From assembly GCA_947501605.1 (NCBI GenBank), contig CANMWZ010000002.1:64001-128000 (forward strand): a DNA stretch of 64,000 nucleotides. Direction: 5' to 3'. The number at the start of each line of letters is the position of its first letter. The stretch's first letter is position 1. The position numbers and the translations under genes are program-made. The stretch comes from Planctomycetota bacterium (GTDB lineage Bacteria > Planctomycetota > UBA1135 > UBA2386). Below are positions 1-10,608 of this stretch, one piece after another. The notes beneath the pieces were generated by a model, which saw only the letters and a program-made list of their open reading frames with translations, made no database searches and had not been told where the DNA came from.

Positions 1-376
1 CGCCAATGCCGCACAGCACGAGCTTCTTGAAGCGCACACCGGGGGCCGGCGCCTCTCGGCCGTCGAGCACCGCGGCGGCGAATTTCTCGATGCGAACCAG
101 AGTGCCAACGATCTCGTCCTGCAGCGCATCCTGCGGCGCCAGCGCCGGGGCGCGAAGCCAGTAGTGGCCCACCATGCGACCTTCGTCGGCGTTGGCGACC
201 GCGCCCTGGTCAACCCGCGCCATGGCGGCGAGGGCGTTGTGCAACGGCTGCGCCAACGCGCTCATCGTGCGCTCGTCGAGTTGCCCACACGAGAGGTCGA
301 GTTCGACGAACGGATCGTCGAGGCATACGCGCCAGCGGCAGAGGTCTTCGAAACGGTCCGACTTCGTGGCGGTCAA
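1..376 (-). CDS. pgi: Glucose-6-phosphate isomerase, N-terminal part (runs off the left edge)
   Basis: Not in the ORF track. Hand translation from TTG at 376 gives MTATKSDRF...GAVANADEGRMVGHYWLRAPALAP...KKLVLCGIG. ANxDEGRMVGHYWLR and the GIG(GS) loop are PGI signatures. Start codon uncertain. Confidence 0.85.
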   Translation of the reverse strand, partial: MTATKSDRFEDLCRWRVCLDDPFVELDLSCGQLDERTMSALAQPLHNALAAMARVDQGAVANADEGRMVGHYWLRAPALAPQDALQDEIVGTLVRIEKFAAAVLDGREAPAPGVRFKKLVLCGIG

Positions 377-409
377 GCGGTGGCTCCGTAGCTGCAATCG
401 AAAGCGCGA

Positions 410-419
410 ATGGTAGTGT
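410..419. promoter_or_regulatory. Overlapping divergent -10 boxes: TAGTGT (+) and TACCAT (-)
   Basis: ATGGTAGTGT lies between divergent pgi and the symporter; the + hexamer is 6 nt before GTG 426. Confidence 0.5.
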
Positions 420-425
420 GCGCCG

Positions 426-1841
426 GTGGAACGCTCCATCGCGATCCTGCTGGTCCTCGCCGTGTATCTGGTCGCGATGCTCGCGATCGGCTGGTCGTCG
501 CGGCGGTCCGCAGGCACAGCTTCATCCTTCTATCTCGGCGGCCGCCAACTCGGCCCATGGGTCGCAGCGCTCGCCGCCAATGCGTCCTCCTCTTCGGCAT
601 GGAGTCTCGTCGGCGTCAGCGGCTTCGCGTATCTGCACGGCAAGGCTGCACTGTGGCTGATCCCCGGCTGCGTTGGCGGCTTCCTGCTCAACTGGTTCGT
701 GGTCGCGCCACGCCTGCGCTCCGCAACCGGCGGGGCCATCACGCTGACAGAACTGCTAGCCGGCCCATCCGGACCGCCGTTCCGCCGCAGCTTCCTGGTC
801 TTTGCCAGCGTGCTGACGCTCGCCTCGCTCCTGACCTACATCGCCGCGCAGATGCAGGCCGCCGGCGCGGCGTTCGTCTACACCTTCGAAGTCCCCCTGT
901 GGCAAGGCGTGCTCGTCGGCGCCGTCTTGACCGTTCTCTACACGCTGCTTGGTGGCTACCTCGCGGCGAGCAGAACCGACATGGTACAAGGCCTCATGAT
1001 GGTCGCGGTGGCGGTGCTCGTGCCAGTGGTCGGAGTCGTCTCGATCGGTGGCGTCGGAGCACTGCTCGATGCGCTGGACGCCGTCGCAGGTACCTTCAAT
1101 GACCCGTTTGGCGGACGGCAGGGAGCCAGCGCGGTGGCCTTCGCCCTCGGCCTTTGCGGCATCGGCCTCGGCTACCCAGGCCAACCGCACGCGGTGAACA
1201 AGTACATGGGCATGTCGCCCACGGCCTCGATGCGAACAGCGCGGGTCGTCGGCATCAGCTGGGCCCTGCTGCTCTACCCAGGGATGATCGTGCTCGGCTG
1301 GCTGGTGCGGGTGCAGTGGCCGCTGGCTGCTGGCGCCCACGAAGACGCACTGTTCGTCGCGAGCCAGAACCTCCTGCCGCCGTGGCTCGATGGCCTCGTG
1401 CTCGCCGCCGTGTTGGCAGCGATCATGTCCACCGTGGACGGTCAACTGCTCGTCTGCGCGAGCACCGTGACGCACGACCTTCGACGCGACGACCGCGACT
1501 CGAGCGGGCAGGGCGCCCGCGCCACCGTGCTGGTCATCGGTGCGGGCGCGACAATCGCCGCGATGCTGGTACCGAAGAACATCTTCGACCACGTCCTCTT
1601 TGCCTGGGCAGCACTGGGGTCGGCGTTTGGACCACTGCTTCTTGTCCACCTGTGCCGCGGGCCGCTTCGCCCAGGCTGGGCACTGGCCAGTGCCATGACT
1701 GGTGGCCTTGGTGCCATCGTCGGCTTCTACGTGCCGGTGCTCAGCGCCGGCTTCGCCGACCGGGTGCTATCGTGGGCACTCGCGTTCGCCGTCGCGTGGC
1801 ACGGCGCGAGCCAATCGCTCGCACGACCCCATCGCAGGTGA
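426..1841 (+). CDS. Sodium:solute symporter (PutP-like)
   Basis: Multi-TM protein with FYLGGRQLGPWVAAL, YTLLGGY..TD..QG, GLGYPGQPH and LAAIMSTVDGQLL motifs. Confidence 0.85.
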   Translation: MERSIAILLVLAVYLVAMLAIGWSSRRSAGTASSFYLGGRQLGPWVAALAANASSSSAWSLVGVSGFAYLHGKAALWLIPGCVGGFLLNWFVVAPRLRSATGGAITLTELLAGPSGPPFRRSFLVFASVLTLASLLTYIAAQMQAAGAAFVYTFEVPLWQGVLVGAVLTVLYTLLGGYLAASRTDMVQGLMMVAVAVLVPVVGVVSIGGVGALLDALDAVAGTFNDPFGGRQGASAVAFALGLCGIGLGYPGQPHAVNKYMGMSPTASMRTARVVGISWALLLYPGMIVLGWLVRVQWPLAAGAHEDALFVASQNLLPPWLDGLVLAAVLAAIMSTVDGQLLVCASTVTHDLRRDDRDSSGQGARATVLVIGAGATIAAMLVPKNIFDHVLFAWAALGSAFGPLLLVHLCRGPLRPGWALASAMTGGLGAIVGFYVPVLSAGFADRVLSWALAFAVAWHGASQSLARPHRR

Positions 1842-1931
1842 TGCAGCGCGCAGGTGCAAGCTAGGCGCACAGGCGACCCCGGTCTCCCTGGCAGCGCCGA
1901 CGCGACGGCACTCCAGACGAGGCCACCAAGG

Positions 1932-3104
1932 TCAGCCCAACGCGGCGACGCCCGGGAGCACCTTCCCTTCGAGCAGTTCTAGGCTGGCGCCGCCGCCGGT
2001 CGAGACGTGGCTCAGTTGCTTCACGACGCCGGTCTTCTCCGCGGCAGCAACCGAATCGCCACCGCCCACGACGGTGAACGCGCCGGATTTCGCGACGGCG
2101 TGCGCAACCGCCTCCGTTCCCCGGCAGAACGCAGCCATCTCGAACACCCCCATCGGACCGTTCCAGATGATCGTCTTGGCGCCTTGCAGTGCCTGCTTAT
2201 AGAGCTCGATCGTCTGCGGACCGATGTCGAGGCCCATGAGACCGTCGGGGATGTCCCCCACGTGCACGCTCGCCTTGCTGTCGGCCTTGAACTCTGCAGC
2301 GCAGACGTGGTCGAGGGGCAACAACAACTGCTTGCCTGCAGACCGGCACATGGCCAGCACCTTGCCGGCCTCGGCGACGAGGTCCTTCTCGACCAGTGAG
2401 GTGCCGACCTTGTGACCCTGCTGCACGAGGAACGTGTAGGCCATCGCGCCACCGATGATCAGGATGTCGACCTTGGCCAGAAGGTTCTCGATCACGGGAA
2501 GCTTGTCGCTGACTTTGGCGCCACCGAGGATGGCCACGAACGGGCGAGCCGGAGTGTGCAGCACCTTGTGGAAGGCATCGAGCTCCTTTTGCATCAGGAG
2601 TCCCATCGCCGCCGGCAACAGCCTTGGCACGCCACTGACCGAAGCGTGGGCGCGGTGCGCGGCGCCAAAGGCGTCGTCAACGTAGACATCGCCGTTCTTG
2701 GCCAAGGCCGCGGCGAAGGCTGGGTCGCCATTTTCCTCGGCGTCGTGGAAGCGCAAGTTCTCGAGCACGAGGCACTCGCCCGCCGCGAGGGCGCGCGAGG
2801 CCGACTCCGCCTCACTACCGATGCAGTCGGAGACGGTCTTGACCGGCGAGCCGAGCAGCTGTTGCAGCCGCTGCGCCGCGGGCCGAAGCCGCATCGACTC
2901 GACGACCTTGCCCTTCGGTCGGCCGAGGTGAGCCATCAGCACGGGCCTGCCACCGGCTTTCAGGATCGCCTGGATCGTCGGCAGACTCTCGCGAATACGG
3001 GCATCGCTGGTGACGTTCAGATCCTTGTCGAGCGGGACATTGAAGTCCACACGCACAAGTACGCGGCGGTTCTTCAGATCGAGGTCCGTGAGCTGCTTGG
3101 GCAT
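1932..3104 (-). CDS. pgk: Phosphoglycerate kinase
   Basis: RVDFNVP, HLGRPKG, LENLRF, DAFGAAHRAHAS, GGAKVSDK, STGGGASLE; start trimmed to ATG 3104. Confidence 0.97.
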   Translation of the reverse strand: MPKQLTDLDLKNRRVLVRVDFNVPLDKDLNVTSDARIRESLPTIQAILKAGGRPVLMAHLGRPKGKVVESMRLRPAAQRLQQLLGSPVKTVSDCIGSEAESASRALAAGECLVLENLRFHDAEENGDPAFAAALAKNGDVYVDDAFGAAHRAHASVSGVPRLLPAAMGLLMQKELDAFHKVLHTPARPFVAILGGAKVSDKLPVIENLLAKVDILIIGGAMAYTFLVQQGHKVGTSLVEKDLVAEAGKVLAMCRSAGKQLLLPLDHVCAAEFKADSKASVHVGDIPDGLMGLDIGPQTIELYKQALQGAKTIIWNGPMGVFEMAAFCRGTEAVAHAVAKSGAFTVVGGGDSVAAAEKTGVVKQLSHVSTGGGASLELLEGKVLPGVAALG

Positions 3105-3181
3105 GGCGAAAGGGCGCGTGAGAGAAATCGCGGGACGCACTGGTGACCGGCGGCTCCGCGCCACCGGTCACGGCTACTCGA

Positions 3182-4234
<1,053 letters not shown>

Positions 4235-4276
4235 CTAGACTCCTCTGCAGTTGTTGCGGCGCGGAAAAGGCGCGGC

Positions 4277-4286
4277 AGCATACCCT
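4277..4286. promoter_or_regulatory. Overlapping divergent -10 boxes: TACCCT (+, tilS) and TATGCT (-, gap)
   Basis: AGCATACCCT in the gap/tilS divergent spacer. Confidence 0.5.
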
Positions 4287-4304
4287 TCAGAGCCCCCCCA
4301 CCCA

Positions 4305-5741
4305 ATGGACAGCCTGCGCCGACTCCTCGACGCGACCGCCCGTTGTCTGTGCCGTTACGAGAACTTGGTCGCCGGACGTCCGGTCGTGGCCGCGGTCTCG
4401 GGTGGTGCGGACAGCACGACGCTCGCCTACGTGCTCGAACGCCTCCGGCAAGAAGACCGGCTGCCGGGCCCACTCCACTTCTGCCACGTCGACCACGGCG
4501 TACGTGTCGACAGCGCGCAGAACGCCGACCATGTGCGCGCTCTCGGCGAACGGCTCGACGTGCCGGTGCATGTGCACCGGCTCCTCGATCTCGGGGAGTC
4601 GCCCAGCGAGGACCGCATGCGGCAGGCCCGCTACGCCGCGATCAGCAAGATCGCGCTGCAGGTGGGTGCCGGCAGTGTGCTGACCGGGCACCACGCCGAC
4701 GACAACCTCGAAACCGTGTTGTTCCGTTTGCTGCGCGGCACCGGCCCGCGCGGCCTCGCCGGCATTCCCGAGTCACGTTGGCTCGTGGATGGTCTCGCCC
4801 GTTGCCTGCTGGTACGTCCTTTCCTGCGCGTGCGCCGCAACACCCTCGCGGGGCTGCTGTCGCGGATCGGCATCCCGATCTACCAAGACTCCACCAACGA
4901 CGATGTCCGCTACGCCCGCAATCGCTTGCGGCTCGAGACCATCCCCAAGCTGCAGCGTGAACTCGGGGCCGGTCTCGACGTCGCGCTCATGACGGTGACC
5001 AGCACAGCGCGCGCCGCAACCGAGATCCTCGACGCCCAAGGCCGTCGTGTGCTGCTCGAACGGGCCACCCGCCGCAACGCCGCGTGCATGCATCTCGACC
5101 TCCGTGGCATCCGCCCTGACGACATTCCGTTCGTTGCAGAAGCGCTGCGCTTGGCGCACATGGACCTAACGGCCACAGGCGAAGCCCCGCTGCAAAGCTG
5201 GATCGACCGCGCGATGGCCCTCCTTGGGAAGCCCGATGGCACCCGGCTGGCGGGCCGCGGCGGCCTGTTGGTCGAACGCACACGCAATGGCCTGCTGCTG
5301 GTCGATCCAGAGCGCGCGGGCTCGCCGCCGCCACTGGCGACGGACGGCCCGGTTCTACTCTGGGACTCGGGCCGCCAGCGATTTGGCACCACCGAGTGGC
5401 ATGTGCAAGCCATCGAGCATCCGCAACCGCCGCTGTCGCCGAGCCCGAATGAGGCAGGTCCCTTTCGCGCCCTGATCGACCCGCGCAGCGCGCCGCTGCC
5501 GTGGCGTTTGCGCTGCCGCCGTCAAGGCGACCGGATCCAACCGCTCGGCGCAGCGTCCGAGCTGCAACTTCGGCGCTTCCTGCTGTCGCGCCACGTGCCG
5601 CGCTTTGATCGCGATCGCCTGCCGCTCCTCTGCGACGCCGACGACCGCGTGCTGTGGGTACCAGGTGCCGATATCGCGGAGGCCGCTCGCATCCGCCTCA
5701 ACACGAGTCGGTGTGTCGAGGTTCGCGTGAGCACTGCGTGA
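4305..5741 (+). CDS. tilS: tRNA(Ile)-lysidine synthetase
   Basis: AVSGGADS PP-loop, HVDHGVR, GHHADDNLET, RNRLR, C-terminal TilS_C-like RRQGDRIQPLG. Confidence 0.93.
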   Translation: MDSLRRLLDATARCLCRYENLVAGRPVVAAVSGGADSTTLAYVLERLRQEDRLPGPLHFCHVDHGVRVDSAQNADHVRALGERLDVPVHVHRLLDLGESPSEDRMRQARYAAISKIALQVGAGSVLTGHHADDNLETVLFRLLRGTGPRGLAGIPESRWLVDGLARCLLVRPFLRVRRNTLAGLLSRIGIPIYQDSTNDDVRYARNRLRLETIPKLQRELGAGLDVALMTVTSTARAATEILDAQGRRVLLERATRRNAACMHLDLRGIRPDDIPFVAEALRLAHMDLTATGEAPLQSWIDRAMALLGKPDGTRLAGRGGLLVERTRNGLLLVDPERAGSPPPLATDGPVLLWDSGRQRFGTTEWHVQAIEHPQPPLSPSPNEAGPFRALIDPRSAPLPWRLRCRRQGDRIQPLGAASELQLRRFLLSRHVPRFDRDRLPLLCDADDRVLWVPGADIAEAARIRLNTSRCVEVRVSTA

Positions 5742-5848
5742 TCGGGAGGATCGACGGGTGACGCGGCCAACGCGCTTCCGTCGTGTGCTCGCTTGCGGCA
5801 TACTGCGTCGCCCCTCCGACCCCCCTGCCGCCGCCCCCTCTCTGCAAC

Positions 5849-8437
5849 GTGCGCCTCTTCGTCGAATCCGGCCCTTTGGCTGGCACATCGGTTGAACTCG
5901 ACCGCACCCAACCCACATCGATCGGCAGCGGTGCAGACTGCGCCCTGCGCTTGCAACAACCCGGAATCGCGGCGCAGCATGCTGTCGTCAAGGCTCTGCG
6001 TGAGGACGGCTACGGCATCAAGGCGATCGCCGCGGGCGTGCGCGTCAACGGCGCCGAAGTCGAAGCCGCGCCGCTGAAAGACGGCGACACCATCGAGATC
6101 GGCGCGACGCGCTTGCTCTACGGCCTGCGCCAGAAAGCCGCAGCCAAGGGGCCGCAGATCAAGGGCTTCCACATCCTTCGCGAACTCGGCCGCGGCGGAA
6201 TGGGGATGGTCTACCTCGCCGAGCAGACCAGTCTCAACCGCCAGGTCGCGCTGAAGGTCCTCGATACCCGCCGAACTTCGGATCCACAATTCGTGGCCAA
6301 GTTTGTCGCCGAGGCCCGCGCTGCGGCCAAGTTGTCGCACGCCAACGTGGTGCACGTGTTCGATGTCGATCAGGACGCGGGCACGTACTACTACACCATG
6401 GAGCTGATGCACCATGGCTCGCTCGAGACCTGGCTCAAGAAGAACGGCAAGATGCCGGTCGAGCGGGCGCTGCAAGTCATCGCCGACGCCGCGTCGGGCC
6501 TCGCCTTCGCCGAGTCTCTGCGCATCGTCCACCGCGACATCAAGCCAGACAACTTGATGCTCGACCAGCATGGCACCGTCAAGATCGCCGACCTCGGTCT
6601 CGCCTTCACGGAAGAAGACCCAGAGGAGCAGGCTGCGGGCACGCCGCACTTCATGGCCCCCGAGCAGGTGCTGCGGAAGACCATCGACCACCGCACGGAC
6701 CTCTATGCGCTTGGTTGCACGTTCTATCGACTGATCACCGGCCGTACCCCCTTCAAGGGCCAGGCGGTGAAGGACATCCTGCGCGCGCAGGTCAAGGACG
6801 AGGCCGAACCCGCGCACAAGGCGGAGCCGGGCGTGCCGCAAGAGGTCTCGGCGATCATCCAGAAGTTGATGCAGAAGGAACCGGCCAACCGGTTCCAGTC
6901 GGCAAACGAGTTGCTCGACGCCGTCAACACACTGCTGCAACCGCCGGCGAAGAAGGGGCTGTGGATCGGCATCGCCGTCGCAGGTGCGCTGCTCGCTTCG
7001 GGTGCGATCTACTGGGCCGTGACGAAGCCCAAGGACGTCATCAAGGAGACGGAGTACATCAACAACCCGGAGGCGGCCCGCTTGGCGGGCGTCAACAAGA
7101 CTCTTGAGGCGCAGGCCCGCGAGGACCGCGCCACGATCGCACTGCTGCGCGCCCGGATTGAGGCCGGCGGCGGCGAGGCGCTGGTGACAGCGCTCACCGC
7201 GATCGCACAAACGCACCCCGGCACCAAGGCTGCAACCGAGGCGACTTCGCTGGCCGAATCCACGCGCGCCGAAGTTGCTGCTCAGCTCGCACTGCAACAA
7301 AGGGCGGCGGAGCAGTCCGACAAGGCTCTCGCCACCATTCGCGCCGAGGTCGAAGTCGCGATCGCCAAGAACGACCTCGTGCAGGCGCTCGCACTGGTCG
7401 ACGGCAAGAGTCCACCGCCCGACGCGGACCCCACCATCTTCAAGAGCGGTCTCCAGACACTCCGCCAACAGATCGTCGCCGCCGCCGCCGCGCACGTCGG
7501 GTCACTCCGCGCCGAGATCGACCGGGCGCGCGGCCAAAACGCAGCAGACGCAATGCGAACCGCAGCGCGCGCGCTGGCGGCACTCGTGGGCGAGACCGGC
7601 TGGAACTCCGAATTGGTCCCAGAACGCACCATGCTGGCGTCGGTCGCGAGCGCGGCGTCGAGTGCCGCCGACGAACTGGAATCGAGCGCGACGAAGACGC
7701 AATGGCGCACCTATGCAGAACTCCTGCACAAGTCCGACGGCACATTGGCAGTACTGGCCCACGGCGACTGCGCCGGCGCTGCGGCCACGCTCGAGGCCCA
7801 CGCCGAGGCGTGCAAGGACCTGCCGATGGGTCAGCACTCGCAGCGCTTGCGCGCCTCGCTGCTGCACGCAGCCGCGTTCGCCGAAGCGGTCGCACAAGCC
7901 CTGCCCGCGGGTGAGATCCAGCTGCCGGTCCCCGGCAATGAAACCAACCTGAGCGTCAGCACCTGGAGACAGAAGGCTGGCCAACTCGTCGTGACCGACC
8001 CGACCAAGAAACCGCCTAAGGAGACCGTGCTGCCGACCAAGGAACTTTCGATCGAGCAATGGGAATCGTTGGCTGCGCAGGCTGAAGAGCCCACCGACAA
8101 GGCAGGAAGCCGCGCGTGCTTCCTCGCCCTGCTGGCGATGCAACGCCACCACGACGCCGCCAAGAGCTATCTGCAGACCCTCAAGAACGTCGACGACGAG
8201 TCCGGCACCGGAGCCCAGGGTTACCCGCTGGGCGTGACGGCGTTCGACGTACTGCTTCAGCAGTTGCCAGACGGCACGCCTTGGGCCGCTGGTGTCCGCG
8301 AGGAACTGCTCGCGAGCCGCTTGCTCGCCGCCGGCCTTCGCGCGCTGTCCGAACGGCGCAATCTCGCCGCTGCCACCTACCTCGACCGACTGCTGGCCGA
8401 ACATCCGCACAGCGTCTGCGTCACAGGCATGCAGTGA
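5849..8437 (+). CDS. FHA-like domain + Hanks-type Ser/Thr kinase + TM + large helical C-terminal region
   Basis: LGRGGMG, VALK, HRDIKPDN, ADLGLA, GTPHFMAPEQ; hydrophobic segment GLWIGIAVAGALLASGAIYW; start GTG 5849 preferred. Confidence 0.9.
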   Translation: MRLFVESGPLAGTSVELDRTQPTSIGSGADCALRLQQPGIAAQHAVVKALREDGYGIKAIAAGVRVNGAEVEAAPLKDGDTIEIGATRLLYGLRQKAAAKGPQIKGFHILRELGRGGMGMVYLAEQTSLNRQVALKVLDTRRTSDPQFVAKFVAEARAAAKLSHANVVHVFDVDQDAGTYYYTMELMHHGSLETWLKKNGKMPVERALQVIADAASGLAFAESLRIVHRDIKPDNLMLDQHGTVKIADLGLAFTEEDPEEQAAGTPHFMAPEQVLRKTIDHRTDLYALGCTFYRLITGRTPFKGQAVKDILRAQVKDEAEPAHKAEPGVPQEVSAIIQKLMQKEPANRFQSANELLDAVNTLLQPPAKKGLWIGIAVAGALLASGAIYWAVTKPKDVIKETEYINNPEAARLAGVNKTLEAQAREDRATIALLRARIEAGGGEALVTALTAIAQTHPGTKAATEATSLAESTRAEVAAQLALQQRAAEQSDKALATIRAEVEVAIAKNDLVQALALVDGKSPPPDADPTIFKSGLQTLRQQIVAAAAAHVGSLRAEIDRARGQNAADAMRTAARALAALVGETGWNSELVPERTMLASVASAASSAADELESSATKTQWRTYAELLHKSDGTLAVLAHGDCAGAAATLEAHAEACKDLPMGQHSQRLRASLLHAAAFAEAVAQALPAGEIQLPVPGNETNLSVSTWRQKAGQLVVTDPTKKPPKETVLPTKELSIEQWESLAAQAEEPTDKAGSRACFLALLAMQRHHDAAKSYLQTLKNVDDESGTGAQGYPLGVTAFDVLLQQLPDGTPWAAGVREELLASRLLAAGLRALSERRNLAAATYLDRLLAEHPHSVCVTGMQ

Positions 8438-8730
8438 CCCTGCGCGCCACCGACACCAAGACGGGTGTCCAGTTCGGCATCAAGGCAGTGCCTGGAAGCA
8501 GTCGCGACCGCATCGCCGGGGTGCATGGCGTCGTGCTGCGAATCTGCGTCGCGGCGCCGCCCGAACGCGGCAAGGCCAACGACCGGATCTGTGAACTCCT
8601 AGCCAGCGCACTCGACCTACCGGCGAGCAGCGTCGCGATCGTGTCCGGGTCCAGCAGTCCCAACAAGCAGGTTCACGTCGAGGGTCTCACTGGGTCGCAG
8701 GTCTGTGCGCGACTTGGTCTGCAGGACTGA
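8434..8730 (+). CDS. DUF167/YggU family protein
   Basis: VPGSSRDRI, VAAPPERGKAN, SGSSSPNK; GTGA overlap with the kinase stop. Confidence 0.85.
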   Translation: MTLRATDTKTGVQFGIKAVPGSSRDRIAGVHGVVLRICVAAPPERGKANDRICELLASALDLPASSVAIVSGSSSPNKQVHVEGLTGSQVCARLGLQD

Positions 8731-8790
8731 GCCGACGACGACGCCCACTCGCGCCTTTGGCGACGGGCACCTCAACGTTACGTTGCACAG

Positions 8791-9624
8791 ATGGTCGGAC
8801 CAGCTCACGGCAGTAAGCCATCGCGTCTGCGCGAATCGGCCCAACACATCTTGTCGCGCAGTCCACAGCGGCCGCGCATCGCCTTGCTCTTGGGCAGCGG
8901 ACACGCATCGATTGCCGGTCAACTCAAGGAGAAGCTGGTGTTCCAGGGCGACGATCTGCCGCCCGGGCTCGGGCTCAGTTCGCCGCTTCTGCTCGGCATG
9001 CTCGAAGGCGTTCCGGTCGCTGTCGCCGACGCCCCGATTCTGCCGCTCGAGACCGGCGTCGAGGTGACTCTCCTGGTGCGCCTGCTGCGCGCGCTGGGCT
9101 GCGAAGTGATGATCGTGACGGCTGGCGCCGCCAGCCTCTGCCAGCAGATCGATCCAGGTTCGATCGCGCTGGTGGAAGACCACATCAATCTCACTGGCAT
9201 CCAACCGCTGCGCAGCCGCACCGACGAGCAGTGGGGTCCGAGTTTCCCCGACATGAACGATGCCTACTCACAGCGCTTGATCGAAGTCGCGCGCGACGTG
9301 GCGATGCGCTGTGGCATCCCCTGCCTGCCGGGTGTGCTGGCTGCTGTTCCAGGCCCCTCGATGCCGACCCGCGCCGAGTACCGGTTCTTGCGCCAGATCG
9401 GCGCCGACCTGGTCGGCATGTCGTTGGTCCCCGAGGTCATCGCCGCAGTCCACGCAGGATTCCAAGTGCTAGCGCTGGTCGGCATCACCCAACAAGTGCT
9501 GCCGCAACGCACCCCTGCCAACTCGTCGATCGAGGCCATGATCGATGCGGCCGAATTGGCGGCACCGCGCATGGCCTCCGTCTTGGTCGGCATCGTCGCG
9601 GCGGCGCACAAACTGCTCGACTGA
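8791..9624 (+). CDS. Purine nucleoside phosphorylase (trimeric PNP family) homologue with degenerate active site
   Basis: LLGSG, EDHINLTG..PL, FPDMNDAYS, TRAEYRFLRQIGADLVGMSLVPEV. Confidence 0.8.
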   Translation: MVGPAHGSKPSRLRESAQHILSRSPQRPRIALLLGSGHASIAGQLKEKLVFQGDDLPPGLGLSSPLLLGMLEGVPVAVADAPILPLETGVEVTLLVRLLRALGCEVMIVTAGAASLCQQIDPGSIALVEDHINLTGIQPLRSRTDEQWGPSFPDMNDAYSQRLIEVARDVAMRCGIPCLPGVLAAVPGPSMPTRAEYRFLRQIGADLVGMSLVPEVIAAVHAGFQVLALVGITQQVLPQRTPANSSIEAMIDAAELAAPRMASVLVGIVAAAHKLLD

Positions 9625-9696
9625 AGCGGGCACAATCCGCTGGTTACGCCGATGCTGACAAGCACAGGTCCCCACCCGACCGATACAAGGCTCACC

Positions 9697-10470
9697 GTGA
9701 ACGCCGCACGCATCTCTCCCCGCGCCTCCCTGGCAACGTCCCTGTTGCCCTGCGTGGCAAGATCCCTGTTGCCCTGCGTGGCAAGATCCCTGTTGCCCTG
9801 CGTGGCAATGTCGCTGCTGCTGCCGTCCTGCAGCGGCTGGTTGTTCTCGGGCTATGACGACATCGATCGCAGCCGTCCAGTGGCGCTGATCGAGACCACG
9901 GGCGGCGTCGAGTACGGCGCCACCACGGAGTTCGGCATCTTGACTCTTGGCCGCACGGCGACCGAAGGCCCGTGCCGCGTTCACTACTTCCTCGGCCCGA
10001 CACCCATCGTCGAGGACGGCACCGTCAAGACCACAGGCGCGTTGTTCGCTCGCGCCGACATGGACCTGAAGACGCAGCATCTCCGCGTGCTCGATCGGGC
10101 ACCGACTTCGACCGACGTCCTCGTGGCGATGTGGACTCCCGATGGCGTGGAGACCCAGAGTGTGGAGGTCGCGCTCGCGACCGATCCCGGCGTGCAAGGG
10201 GACGTGCTGATGGACCCCGGTACCGAATTGCCAGCCGGCGCCGCGATCTTCGCCAACCAAGATGGCCTCCTGCGTTTTGTCGGCCTCGTCGCTGGCCGGG
10301 CGACCCTGGAAGGCTCGCCGTCCGCGGGCAAGTACTATGTCTTCGCCGGGGTCGCACGCGTTCGCGAGATGCTCGCGGTGCCCGAAGTCCACCCGACCGA
10401 CTACGAGACGAAGTTCCGACCGGATTCGATCACGATCACGAAGCCCGTGCGACCCGGTCCAGTCAAGTAA
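9697..10470 (+). CDS. Hypothetical lipoprotein
   Basis: Typical codon usage; lipobox-like LLLPSC after a repeat-expanded signal region; start uncertain. Confidence 0.65.
   Translation: MNAARISPRASLATSLLPCVARSLLPCVARSLLPCVAMSLLLPSCSGWLFSGYDDIDRSRPVALIETTGGVEYGATTEFGILTLGRTATEGPCRVHYFLGPTPIVEDGTVKTTGALFARADMDLKTQHLRVLDRAPTSTDVLVAMWTPDGVETQSVEVALATDPGVQGDVLMDPGTELPAGAAIFANQDGLLRFVGLVAGRATLEGSPSAGKYYVFAGVARVREMLAVPEVHPTDYETKFRPDSITITKPVRPGPVK
9731..9808 (+). repeat. In-frame 24-bp tandem repeat, 3 copies plus a partial copy
   Basis: TGGCAA(CG/GA)TCCCTGTTGCCCTGCG at 9731, 9755 and 9779, then TGGCAA at 9803; encodes (A[T/R]SLLPCV)x3. Confidence 0.95.
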
Positions 10471-10608
10471 TGGCCCCCAGTCGAGGTGCGGCGCACTGAA
10501 GGCGCGTGACCCCGTCCGTTGCCGAGAAAGCCAACTGCCGCTAGGCCCACTGTCGGCGCTGCCGCGGCCGCCAAGCCGGACCGTCACGACGGCGGCTCCC
10601 TCAGGACG

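Noticed and set aside
9731..9808. Possible CRISPR array
   Set aside because: The repeats are directly tandem with no spacers, in frame within a CDS, and no cas genes are present.
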